DNA of 64,000 nucleotides from Octopus sinensis (taxonomy: Eukaryota). Below are positions 41,531 through 54,139 of the stretch, piece by piece. The stretch spans positions 129,270,001-129,334,000 of the forward strand of contig NC_042998.1 in assembly GCF_006345805.1 (NCBI RefSeq), in the 5' to 3' direction. Position 1 is the stretch's first letter, and each line of letters starts with the position of its first letter. Both the position numbers and the translations under genes were made by a program. The notes under the pieces are model-generated. The model was not told the DNA's origin. It saw nothing but the letters and a program-made list of their open reading frames with translations, and searched no databases.

Positions 41531-42101
41531 AATATTTCGTTTTATTCAGCCATAGTGTATCTATGGCAATGAACTGAGAGAGTCATTAAATTACAGGATA
41601 AGTTACCTTGTATCAATTCCGGCATTCTGAGCAGTGAGCTCAAAAATCGTCGAGTTCAGCTTCGCATTTCGAAGTTGATAAATAATGTACCAGCCTTCTA
41701 CTGGTGTCTTCTGTTTCTTTCTTTCTCTCTTCCCCACTCTCTCACTATAACTACATTTATCTAATTCTCTCTCTTGAAAATATCGTTTGTGATCCGACTT
41801 GCTGAAGTTTGGGTTACGCCAAGTTTAAAAATACCCACCAGAAGATGTATGTCACGACGGCACAACTACGACTCCACCAAGGAGCTGGGAGCCCAGAGCA
41901 TAGCAAGTTTATCTTAGACTCGTTATCAAAAGTCCATCAAATCTTTCTTTTGGATATAACTTTTTTGAAGATTGAGCTGCTATTTCTAACAAGCAAAGCA
42001 TCTAGGTAGAAGTTCATTTGTTGACCAGTTGTTGTTGTTGTTTTGATGCATTACTAGTAACAGTAGTAGGAGAAGTAGTAATAGCAGTAGTAGTAGTGGT
42101 A

Positions 42102-42169
<68 letters not shown>

Positions 42170-42725
42170 GAGTGAGAGAGCAGTTCATGCCATCAAAGTG
42201 ACACTGGGGTAAAATATACGAAGTCCAGTATAACCATCATGACTACCCATCTGATATGGGTACACCAGGCATATGCATCACAACCATATGTGCGCAACAT
42301 GGTGATCTCATATCAAGATAAACAGCGCATGACCTTGCAGGTGGGGCCCAGTTAGAATTTTCTTCTGGTTGAGTAGCCCATCCCACTCAAAAGGTCCCTG
42401 AATAAGGATTGTTTAAAGATGTTGAACGAACCACCCCTGTTTCGAAAGGTGAATTATCCAAACCTCCAAGAATTCCTTTCAACACACGGCTATGATGCTC
42501 TCCCACTACTTCTGCTTGTGATCAGAGATGCACATATTGTTAGCCACTAAGGGACATGCTCAACTGGCTAAGGTCAAACAACTGACAAGCAAATCTGTGG
42601 TATTGAGCATAATATTTGCTGTAGCCCATCTTTTATACCAAGTCAAAACAATGTACATGATAACACTTCCAATCAGTTAAGATCAGAAGCCACGAGAGCC
42701 ACTGCTTGGCACTGCATCAGGGGAT
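42170..42725. mobile_element. Unclassified ~555-bp non-coding insert in (TTA)n
   Basis: Complex sequence bounded by (TTA)n; its first ~40 nt recur at 42780-42820. Confidence 0.55.
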
Positions 42726-42817
42726 TTATTATTATTATTGTTGTTGTTGTTGTTGTTGGCGTTGTTGTTATTATTATTAAGTGAGAGAGTATTGCATGCC
42801 ATCAAAGTAACACTGGT

Positions 42818-42865
<48 letters not shown>

Positions 42866-43552
42866 GTAGTAGTAGTAGTAGTAGTAGTAGTTATTGTCGT
42901 TGTTGTTGTTGTTGTGTTGTTGTTGTTGCTAGAGTTGCAGTTCATCTCCAGTTAAGCTCAAATCGTGTAGTTGATAATAAAGCAACAGTAACACTAACAT
43001 ACTGGGTTGATTACGCAGTGTTATATGCACATGTATTTGAGTGTTGGTGAATGTGTGTGTATGTGTGTGTGTGTGTGTGTGTGTGTTGTGTGTGTGAGTG
43101 TGTGTGTGCGGTTACGTGCAGGCAGTCGTGTGTATGAGTGAATTGCGCAGAGAAAATTAGTCGTAAGAAAATGGCTGGAAAACTGGACTGTGGCGTGCGT
43201 GTGTGCAGCCAAGCATATGTCCATCTTTATGCGTGCGTGCGTGCGTTTGTGTGTGTCTGTGTCTATCAGTGTATGTATGTGTGTGTGTGTGTGTGTGCAT
43301 GTGCGTGCGCACGAGTTCGTTTGAACTTTTGGGTTTGCGTGTCAGTTTCATGTGTATGCATGCGTGATTACACACACACGCATGCGCACGTGGGCACTCT
43401 CAAACGAGCGCGCACACACGCACGTATTTATATGCACGCACACACACAAATGTTTGTGTGTATTTGCGTACGTTTGTGTATGTGTAGGCATATGCGTATT
43501 CGAGAGAAATAGGAAGAAAGCGAGAGAGAGAGAGAGAGAGAGGGGAGAAAAT

Positions 43553-43585
<33 letters not shown>

Positions 43586-44214
43586 GGAGTGAAGGAAAAA
43601 GGGAGAAAGAGAGAGAAAGAGAGGCAGACAGAGAAAGAAAGGGTGTATATTTTCGTACGGAACATTAACTGTGTAAAAGAGTAGTTAAAAAAAATGGACT
43701 GAGGGTGTATGCAAACGTGACTCTATGTGAGCATTTCTTAGTGTTTCTTTGTGTTTCAGGTTTCGAATGTGCGTGCATGCATGTGTCTGTCTGTGCGTGT
43801 GTGCGTATGTGTTTGCGTGTGTGTATTTGGATTTGTATACGCCTCTCTTAGCGCATGTGCACATATATAGAGATGTGCATGCGCGCGCTTGTATAACTCC
43901 ACTTCCTGCCTTTTCACACTGACTACGCGAGAGAACTATTGTATTGGCCGTCTCTCTTTTCACCTGCTCAGGGTGTGGCAATCTTCGAAACCACAGGAAG
44001 GAAGTGTCAGAATTTCAAATGGCAACTGCAAGGTGTCTTTATCCAACTTGGCATCTTTCAAGCCAAAATGCCAAGTGTTGCATGTTGCATTTATACAATA
44101 GACGTGTCGTCCACTGACTTAACTTATTCATTCATTCAATCTTTCATTGTTTCATAATATACTTCACTCTTTCTGAAATTACTATTGTCTCTTTTTCTTT
44201 CCTTCTTTCTTCCT

Positions 44215-44247
<33 letters not shown>

Positions 44248-44252
44248 TTTCT

Positions 44253-44291
<39 letters not shown>

Positions 44292-44304
44292 GTCTTTCGT
44301 TCTG

Positions 44305-44344
<40 letters not shown>

Positions 44345-44377
44345 TCATTCATTCTTTCTTTCTTTCTTTGAATAAAT

Positions 44378-44959
44378 CTTTTCTACTCTAGGCAGAAGGC
44401 TCGAAATTTTTGGGAAGGGGGCCAGTCGATTAGATCGACCCCAGCATGCAAATGGTACTTAATTCATCGATCCCGAAAGGATTAAAGGCAAAATCGACCT
44501 CGGCGGAATTTGAACTCTGAACGTAAAGACACACAAAATATCTATTTCTTTACTACCCACAAGGGGCTAAACACAGAGAAGACAAACAAGGACAGACAAA
44601 ACGGATTAAGTCGATTATATCGATCCCAGTGCGTAACTGGTCCTTAATTTATCGACCCCGAAAGGAAGAACGGCAAAGTCGACCTCGGCGGAATTTGAAC
44701 TCAGAACGTAGCGACAGACGAAATATCTATTTCTTTATTTACCCTCAAGGGGCTAAACATAGAGCGGACAAACAAGGACATACATAGGTATTAAGTCTTT
44801 TACATCGACGCCAGTGCGTAGCTGGTACTTAATTTATAGACCCCGAAAGGATGAAAGGCAAAGTCGACCTCAGCGGAATTTGAACTCAGAACGTAACGGC
44901 AGACGAAATACGACCACGCATTTCGCCCGGCATGCTAACGTTTCTGCCAGCTCACCGCT
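44378..44959 (-). mobile_element. tRNA-derived SINE, trimeric
   Basis: Three copies of cccgaaagga..aaggcaaa.tcgacctcggcggaatttgaactc at ~185-bp spacing; single head at 44920-44959. Confidence 0.9.
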
Positions 44960-45119
44960 ATTATTTGAATAAACCTTGATCTATCTGTCTGTCTATCTGT
45001 CTTTCTGTCGGTCAGTCTGTCTGCTTATCTATTTAAAACAAAAGGTACATCTCTCAGTTGGCCCCCCAAAAAATGGAATAAATGTAACTAATTTCTAGTC
45101 TTGTCATGTTTGAATTTCA

Positions 45120-45159
<40 letters not shown>

Positions 45160-45162
<3 letters not shown>

Positions 45163-45333
45163 TGGCTGTGTGGTAAGTAGCTTGCTTACGAATCACATGG
45201 TTCCGGGTTCAGTCCCACTGCGTGGTACCTTGGGTAAGTGTCTTCTACTATAGCCTCGGGCCGACCAAAGCCTTGTGAGTGGATTTGGTAGACAGAAACT
45301 GAAAGAAGCTTGTCGATAATATATATATATATA

Positions 45334-45380
<47 letters not shown>

Positions 45381-45615
45381 GTGTGTTGTGTGTGTGTGTG
45401 TGTGTATGTGCGTGTTTGTGTGTCTGTGTTTGTCCACCCAACATCACTTGACAACCGATGCTGGTGTATTTACGTCCCCGTAACTTAGCGGACCGATAAA
45501 ATAAGTACTAGGCTTACAAAGAATAAGTCCTGGGGTCGATTTGATCGACTAAAGGCGGTGCTCCAGCATGACCACAGTCTCATTGACTGAAACAAGTAAA
45601 AGAGTAAAAGAGAGT
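45160..45615 (+). mobile_element. tRNA-derived SINE with internal (TA)n(TG)n
   Basis: gtggctgtgtggtaag..ccgggttcagtccc head; aagagtaa tail; partial heads also at ~15921, ~18400 and ~60925. Confidence 0.85.
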
Positions 45616-45695
45616 ATATATTGATAGAAATGGCAAGACAATAAAAAAAATGAAAGAGAGCTCGATATTATTTGAATGAAGGAATTTATCTGTAA

Positions 45696-45796
45696 ATATG
45701 TGACAATTATTCGGTAGCCATGACAAAACTCCGAGTTTCTGCTCCGACAACCGAAACTCGGAGCTTTATCATGGCTACTGAATAATTATAACATAT
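45696..45796. repeat. Fold-back, ~44-bp arms
   Basis: atatgtgacaattattcggtagccatgacaaaactccgagtttc / gaaactcggagctttatcatggctactgaataattataacatat. Confidence 0.9.
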
Positions 45797-45804
45797 CATA
45801 TTTA

Positions 45805-45994
45805 CATATTTACACGCATTTTTTTCTCTCCTTGTTTCTCTCCTTTTTTTTTCTGTGTATCTTTCTGTCGAAGAGCGTAGGCTCGAAACGTAAAAGACTT
45901 TTTCTATTTCTATTCCTGAGTGCTATACTAATACATTTGTTTGTTTGTACTCCACCTGCCTTCGTCTTTTGTTTATTTTCGTAAACCTTCCCGT

Positions 45995-45997
<3 letters not shown>
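45805..45997 (+). mobile_element. Hammerhead-bearing mini element; HHR-like motif at 45860-45897
   Basis: TCTTT CTGTCGA A GAGC GTAG GCTC GAAACGTA AAAGA; flanks related to the reverse complement of 27376-27580. Confidence 0.65.
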
Positions 45998-46050
<53 letters not shown>

Positions 46051-46052
<2 letters not shown>

Positions 46053-46138
46053 CCTTTAAAGGTTAACGTGTCTATTTTCGGCATATTTTAGCATAGAAAT
46101 GTGTTCTTTTGGCCTTACTTATAAATTGTTTATATATT

Positions 46139-46170
<32 letters not shown>

Positions 46171-46191
46171 AACACACACACACACACATAC

Positions 46192-46265
<74 letters not shown>

Positions 46266-46386
46266 GATAGATAGATATATGTGTGTGTGTGTGTGTAATA
46301 TATAAACGATTTATAAGTAAGGGCAAAAGAACACATTTCTAATGCTAAAATATGCCGAAAATAGACATGTTAACCTTTAAAGGTAT
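46051..46386. repeat. ~335-bp palindrome (90-bp unique arms, microsatellite spacer)
   Basis: tacctttaaaggttaacgtgtctattttcggcatatttt.. / ..aaaatatgccgaaaatagacatgttaacctttaaaggta. Confidence 0.92.
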
Positions 46387-46749
46387 TTTTTAATATGCTG
46401 GCCATTGATAGAATTTTGGTGGAAAAATTTTATCCTACATTAGATATGTAAATATATATAAAGCATCTGTCTACTGTGTACGGACAGATTATATATCCAA
46501 ACTCAGAATTAAATTGATCTCACTGTGTAAGACGTGTACTATTAACTAATGTATTCACGTTCTTAGCGAATTTACTTCTATACAGACAGCTTATTTAATC
46601 CTGTGAAAGTGTGACTACTCTACATATAACTAAAGCTTTCTTTCGTTGAAAATGTGTCTTATTTCTTTTATAAAACTAAAATGACTAAAAATAAGTCCAA
46701 CTTACCTCTTTACTGGCCAAGTTGATGATAAAATCGAGATGTAAGGTGT

Positions 46750-46995
46750 GCTGTTTGTTCCTTTTCGAGCCAAGCCTGGCTCATAAGGGGCGGTTTCCTG
46801 GTTTCATTGGCGTATAGGTTACCCACCTGTACGGGACGCCGGTCCGTTGCAGGAGATAAGAGCGAATGAAAGAGTCAGCAGAAGTTCGCCATTACATTCT
46901 GCTGGCGCTGCGAGAGCTTAGGTGTTACAATCATAAATACAAACATCGCCCGGTCTGAGATTCGAAACCGTGATCCCTCGACCGCCAGTGTGAGG
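46750..46995 (-). mobile_element. tRNA-derived SINE (head related to the 21362 family, different tail)
   Basis: Reverse complement: cacggtttcgaatctcagaccgggcgatg..aacacctaagctc. Confidence 0.65.
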
Positions 46996-47776
46996 TGTAC
47001 CTTTTTTTTATATGGTTATGAGAATTTCATATCTATTAAAAAAGGTATCTACACAAATGAAACACACAATATTGTTAAATCTACAGTTATTCTACAGCTC
47101 TGAAGATTACAGGCAAAGGGAAACATCATATTGTTCTTTACTAAACGGGATTTCCATGTTTATTTACACATGTTTACTTACACACGTGAACGGTGTGTGT
47201 ATGTGCTGATGTGTGCGTATACTAGGAGTTGTGTGTGTGTGTGTAGGGGGGTGCATTTGTGTCTGTATGCGTGTGACGATAGTATCGTCTCGGATAAGCG
47301 AGCGGTACTAATTTGTGGGTTTTGTTTACGCTCTAAAGAATACCTGTAGCCGATTAAAGTTGATCAGAGGACTAATAGAGAGTAGATGTAGAGACAAAGC
47401 GCTTGTTGCCTTGGGTTAAAATGACAAGAAAAATTTTCACAGTAGATTGTGTGAATTTGCGTATATCCGTGAGTGTGAAGTAACAGCAACCCCTCCCAAC
47501 AAATGTGAAAAAATACTCAAACTGCATTTTATGTTTTGCAGACTGCCTGTAGCTGATAAAGGTTGTCAATGGACAAATGGAAGAGACACCATTAGCGCTT
47601 GTTGCCTTTTTGTTTTAGAATGACAAGAGCAGTGTTGGTAATTGTCTCTAAGTGTGGTTGTAGTGAGACGGTTTAAAAGAATATAAGAAGAAAATGTTCG
47701 TCAGCGTCAGTCCTGATCGAGAAACCTTATGACCGAATGCGTTCCAGTAATGACCATTCCTTCTTTTTTGTTTTAG

Positions 47777-47965
47777 ACATTATTCAATACTATGTCCCTA
47801 ATGATCTAATACAAAGGGAGTCTGAGGAATTACAGGGGGTCGATGATGGCCAAGGGGTCGAATGGGGATCGGCGTGCGAGAGACCAGCTGACCCAGATGA
47901 ACTGCTAGAAATACTTGGTCAACGCCATGCTCATCCCTCACATTGATGTTGTCAATTACAATAAA
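47777..47965 (+). other. Candidate terminal exon (unknown gene)
   Basis: ttcttttttgttttag acceptor, open frame to TGA at 47946, AATAAA at 47960; no recognisable homology. Confidence 0.25.
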
Positions 47966-48202
47966 AGATATTCCTGCAATAAGATGCATTTTTCACATTT
48001 TCTAACCGTGAAAACAATTTCATAAAAACTGGAAGTTTAATACTCTATACTCGTTCACGTAGTTTTAAATGTAAAAAGTGTATCTTCTTCAATAGAATTT
48101 CTTAATTTGTCGTACATGTATATTTTAGCTGACATTTTAATTGCCGGTACGCATTTGAGATACAGTAGGGTAGGGTATTACGATATTTTAAATAAGGAGG
48201 GT

Positions 48203-48300
48203 GGTCGATGCGGAAGGAGAAGTGGCTAAACGCGGGGTCAGTGTGGAAGAAGTGGCTTAAAGGGGGTCAATGCGGAAGGAGAAGTGGCTAAAGGGGGTCG
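48203..48300. repeat. ~31-bp tandem minisatellite x3
   Basis: ggtc.atgcggaaggagaagtggctaaa repeated. Confidence 0.8.
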
Positions 48301-49884
48301 TTGGACGAAAAAGTTTGGCGACACCTGATCTAATATGTCTTCTTTTTTCTGAATTAGAAAGTTGTGACAACACAAATTTGACAGATATTTGTAACTGGTG
48401 AAGCCACTTTTTAGAGTCATTGCCTGTTAAACATGAAAATTGTTTGATGTTGCTATTAATGTTGTTGCTCTGCTTTTAGAAGTAGTAGCTGTTGTTGTAT
48501 GTGACGGGCATTAGAAGTGAGGGGCATACGGACAAGCCGCCAGACAGAACGATGTTTCTGTATTACTATTACAAGTTGGCCTTGAACATTTTATTCTTGA
48601 TTCGCATCTATTTCTTTATTTTGCAACTTTCTTACCTGTACACGCTACCTTCCTTCATTCTTTTTTTGACTATTCGGAAGCAATTTAAAAAAAAACACTT
48701 GCTTCATCAACATCCTTTCAAATTCAGAGTCTTTTTACACATCGTTTCTCATTCAGCTTCTTTCGCTCTTCTCTGAGCTTCTTTTAATCTTCCTCCCCCT
48801 CTGCCGCCACCTCCTCCTCCTCCCCCATCCTCCTCCACCTCCTCCAACTCCTCACCTCCACCTCCACCTCCACCTCTTCTTCCCCCTCCTCCGCCACCCC
48901 TCCCCATCATCATCATCTTGGTTTTTTCTTTCTGCTTCTCTTTCTTTTTCCCTTCTTCTTCTTCTTCTTCTCTTCTTCTTCTTCTCCCCCTCCCTCCTCC
49001 CCCTCCTCCTCTTCCTTACCCGCTTAGTGACTACTTATGTGATTAAATACACTGGAATAAATTAGCAATAATATCACTGTAGCCGCCAATGCTGACAACT
49101 GCCACAACCACAAAGGATACATGCACCGCATTAACTCTCCCCTCTCTCTCTCTCATACACACACATACACACACACATACACACACACATACACACATAC
49201 ACACACACAAACCTATCCGAGGCAAAATTATAATATACAACTTACCCAATGGCAGCAGCATTAACATATAACAGGAAAAAAAGGATTAAATTGAAATAAA
49301 AGCCCCAGGACCTCAACACTAAGCACCAACAAGAGGTCTCTAAGTAGTTGTTGCATCTGCTGAGAAAAACAGCTAAATTTCCTCAAAGTACATCCAACCA
49401 GCTTAAGCATGGAAAGGACATATTGAATAATGTAGCCCCTGGTATACAAAACGGAAAGGGATGGTCAATGACGAAATACATTTGATAATATGTCTGTTCA
49501 ATCATGTTTGAAATGGACTGAGAAACGACAACAATAAATGTTGCTATCATTGCGACTTCTAACAAATACACAAGTTAGTTTTCGGAAAGGATGTACTTTC
49601 GACACTGAATTCGACCCCAGTATTTAACTGGTATTTTGTTTTTATTGATCGCAGACAAAAAGAATGCAAAATAGATGCGGAGGGTGTTTGAAGCCATGCC
49701 AAAAAGAGACGTAACTAATTATCCTTTCTATAATTATAATTGTATTTATGCAGGTTTATATGATTTAATTGTTTATGTTAGGGTTGATGATTGATGGTCA
49801 ATTGATAAGGTTTATGAAGGTAATAAGAGTAATAAAAGAAGTGAAAATTTATTGTTGAAATTTATGAACTGAAATTTATGTAGA

Positions 49885-50290
49885 GGGGGCTAGTCGATTA
49901 CACCGACTCCAATACTCAACTTCTATTTATTTTATCGACCTCGAAACGATGAAAGATAAAGTCGACCTCAGTGGAATTTGAACTCGGAACATAATGATTG
50001 ACTAAATGCCGCTAAGCATTTTGTCCGATGTACAGGCGACTCTGTCAGCTGGCCGCCTTAGGTATAACTCATTATCGGTTTCAAATTTTGGCACAAGGCC
50101 AGCAATGTCGTGGGAGAGGTAAGTCAACTACATCGAATCCTGTGGTCAACAAGTAATCATTTTATCGATTCCGAAAGGATGGAAGGCAAAGTCGACCTCG
50201 GCAGAATTTTAACTCAAAACGTGAAGAGGGGGGAAATATCGGTAAGCATTTTGCCTGGCGCGGTAATGATTCTGCCAGATCACCGCCTAG
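49885..50290 (-). mobile_element. Two diverged SINE copies (44378 family)
   Basis: aaagtcgacctc..ggaatttgaactc cores near 49960 and 50190. Confidence 0.8.
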
Positions 50291-51015
50291 ATGTAACTAA
50301 ATATCAAAAAATATTTTCTTCGATTCTGCCAAATTTTTCTCGATTCTTCATCGATTCTGCTAAATCCGCCACCCAGAACGCAACAATATAGCACCAACGA
50401 TGACAACATCGTCAACAATAACAAGAATAACAGCTAAACCTAAAACAATAGAAACGTCTGCAGCAGCAGCAGTTGCAGCAGCAACATCAATAACATGAAT
50501 AACTGCGAAGGCAAAGGTTTTGTCTTTATCACTAACAACACCAATACTGTGCATAGTAACCACTCCATTATCAATATTGAGCAAGCACTAAGAAACACAA
50601 CATTAGTTCTTCTAAAACTTCTCGAACTTTTTTTCAACTATCAACTCATTTTTTAACATTCTTGAAAGACCCCTCCTTCATTTACTGTACCTGCACATAA
50701 TATCTAGCCAAAGTAATTTAGTGTCTGATACTAGTTCGATGTGGATGACTACTTACCATAGTGCCATCCCACTTGCAGCGAATATTTGACGCATTACTGC
50801 TTGACATTAGTTGTTGACCCCTATGTTAGCTCATAATTTTGTTGAATCCCAGTCACATATTCTTAACGCATCCTGTATATATCAACATAGCTGCTAGTTG
50901 AAATGTATCTTTATAATCGGAATATATAGTTACCGTTCTTATAGTAATTGTTGTTGCTGTGATTGTGGCTAAGAAGCAGTTTATAATATTACATTTAATA
51001 TTTTTTAAAGGTTAA

Positions 51016-51379
51016 GTCGGCGAGCTGGCAGAAACGTTAGCACGCCGAGGGAAATGCTTAGCGGCATTTCGTCTGCTGTTACGTTCTGAGTTCAAATTCC
51101 GCCGAGGTCGACTTTGCCTTTCATCCTTTCGGGGTCGATAAATTAAGTACCAGTTATACACTAGGGTCGACGTAATCGACTTAATAGCTTTGTCTGTACT
51201 TGTTTGTCCCCTCTATATTTAGCCCCTTGTGGGCAATAAAGAAATAAGTCGGCAAGCTGGCAGAAACGTTAGCACGCCGAGCGAAATGCTTAGCAGTATT
51301 TCGATTGTCTTTACGTTCTGAGCTCAAATTCCACCGAGATCGACTTTGTCTTTCATCCTTTCGGGGTCGATAAATTAAA
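51016..51379 (+). mobile_element. SINE head-to-tail dimer, second copy truncated
   Basis: gtcggc.agctggcagaaacgttagcacgcc at 51016 and ~51248. Confidence 0.9.
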
Positions 51380-51660
51380 TTTCGATCTCTTTCAAATGCT
51401 ATGCGCGGAGTTTTGTTCAATACTGATGCATAATTGAAAGCTTGGTTAGATCAATTTTTCGAGTCGAAATCAGATGATTTTTACCAACGAAGTATTGAAA
51501 ATCTTGTTGAACGTTGTGAAGAAGTTGTAAGCAACAAGGGTGAATATATTATTGGTTAATTACTTGTTTGTTTTTTTTATTAAATCTTTTAAAAATTAAA
51601 AAAATTAAAAATAAATTTAAATTTAAAAAAAAGGCGGGAACTTAGTTGCCAACCAAATAG
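51380..51660 (+). mobile_element. Mariner 3' remnant with TIR
   Basis: FRSLSNAMRGVLFN..AWLDQFFESKSDDFYQRSIENLVERCEEVVSNKGEYII; terminal ggcgggaacttagttgccaacc. Confidence 0.85.
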
Positions 51661-51700
51661 AATAACTTAAAACCGTTGGAATATTTTCGAACCAACAAAA

Positions 51701-52085
51701 TTGGCAGAATCGTTAGCACGCGGGGCTAAATGCGTAGCCGTATTTTGTCCGCCGTTACGTTTTGAGTTCAAATTCCGCTGAGGTCGACTTTGCCGTTCAT
51801 CCTTTCGGGGTCGATAAATTAAGTACCAGTTACGGACTGGGGTCGATATAATCGACTTAATCCGTTTGTCTGTCCTTGTTTGTCTTCTCTGTGTTTAGCC
51901 CCTTGTGGGTAGCAAAGAAATAGGTATTTCGTGTGTCTTTACGATCAGAGTTCAAATTCCGCCGAGGTCGATTTTGCCTTTCATCCTTTCGGGATCGATA
52001 AATTAAGTACCAGTTGCACACTCGGGTTGATCAAATCGACTGTTCCCCTCCCCAAAAATTTCAGGCCTTGTTCCTAGAGTACAAA
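51701..52085 (+). mobile_element. SINE, dimeric core
   Basis: Two gagttcaaattccgc.gaggtcga cores. Confidence 0.9.
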
Positions 52086-52542
52086 ACGTATTAAAAATCG
52101 TTAAAGCGTTACCAACTTAACCGTACTTCAACACAATGATGTAATACGTTTCATGCAATTTTGTTTATTTGTGAAGACAGAATTTATTTAAAGCAATACG
52201 TTCTAAGTTCATAACAGAATAATATTATATATTATTATTATCAGCAATACCACTTCAACGAAATGTAGAATATATTTTCGCATATATTTTGACAGCATTC
52301 GTGGCAATAACCATCTTCAACATCTGAGAAATATTTTTTCCTTTTTGATTCGTTCTCCAATGTATATGAAATTTCCCAAAAGAAATATTGTCAAGTACAT
52401 CATCAGATTCAGATGAAAGACCTGAAAGTGGTGAAGGGTAAATGTAGAAAAGTAAGGAATTAAAGTAACAATGGATCAAGGATCGAATAGAATTACTGTT
52501 GCTGTTGGTGTTGTTGCTGACGACGACGACGACGACGACGAC

Positions 52543-52589
<47 letters not shown>

Positions 52590-52773
52590 CGATGACGATG
52601 TCAATGATCATGATTGTAATGACTTTGTTTTGACGATATCTAATGTTAATCTCCTCGAAATACCGGATGGGGAGAAATGTGTGTGTGTGTGTGTGTGTGG
52701 TGTGTGTGTGTGTGTGCGTGTGCGCGTGTGTATACACACACATATATAGAGATACATATACACGCACATAATA

Positions 52774-52812
<39 letters not shown>

Positions 52813-54002
52813 TATTTATATATATGAATATGTATGTATATGTTGTGAGCTTGAAAAGAGATGGCTGGTAGCAAAAATTACTGAATGCGCCAGATTGTTA
52901 ATTATGCTCTATGATCTCAATACTGAGACAATAGCGGGTGGCTAGTAGCATAACTAGATAAATGTAGCAGAAATCGTAATTATTAGATATAGACTTAAAA
53001 ATGGGTGTGTGGTCCGATTTCTGTTTTACCTTCATTTTGTTACACACACGCACACACACACACACACACACACACCACACACACACACACACACGCTCTC
53101 GCACACATACGCACACATGCTCTCTCTTTCTCTCTCTATCACACACACACACACACTTATATGTTGGCTTACATATTATTCAATATATACAAATTTATTC
53201 TTTTCATAAGCTGAATTTGTGAATAAATTCAATTCAATTCAGGATTTTTTTTTTATTTACTGTTTATCAAGGAAAGAAACTCATTTTGAAATAAACTGAC
53301 TTCTAATGCCTATAGTATTTAAAAGATGTTATGCATGTTCATATATTTAACGTGTATTATTGTACTGTATCTCACAACACCGCAAAATCTCTGCTCTTCA
53401 GAGTCCAATTCTGTAGCGTTTCAGTAAAGTCATTAATTATTGATTTAATTAAAACATTAAGCAATAATTTTTCTTCCTTACTTTTATGCTTTTGTTTAAC
53501 ATATAACAATCAATATTTTAATAGTATGATTAAAATAGAATATTTTAACTGCTTGAAATATATAATTAATTTATTAAATATCGCTATATCTTTTTATAAT
53601 GCAAAAAAATTTAACAGCCATTATATATTTGTTCGACATATAAAAATAAAAATAAAAATATATTGATGCGTAATCTAAAATACAACTGTGAATATAAGTT
53701 AATATTTAAATAAATATGATGTACGCAAATATACGCACACACAAACATGTGCATGCTCACACGCATACATGATCGAAAGAAATGAAATAACGTATTCTCT
53801 TTGTGTCGACACCGGTGCTTTGTTTGAAAGTAAACATGTAATAATAGCTTCATTAAATATATAATTAGGAAAGAAGAGATTTTCTTTATAATCATTCGCA
53901 ATAGAGTAGTACATAATTGGAATTTCGATAGATAATGCACATAAGTTAAATACAAAAGAGTAATGCAGATTATAAGGGCTTTGTGCCTCGTAAATAAATC
54001 CC

Positions 54003-54079
<77 letters not shown>

Positions 54080-54139
54080 ATATTATCATTATTATTATTA
54101 TTATTATTATTAGTAGTAGTAGTATCACCATTACCATTA

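Noticed and set aside
42330-42420. HDV-like ribozyme in the (TTA)n insert
   Set aside because: Could not assemble the nested P1/P1.1/P2/P3 pseudoknot by eye.
44920-44959. tRNA genes at SINE heads
   Set aside because: A/B boxes are present but there is no full cloverleaf; each continues into SINE body.
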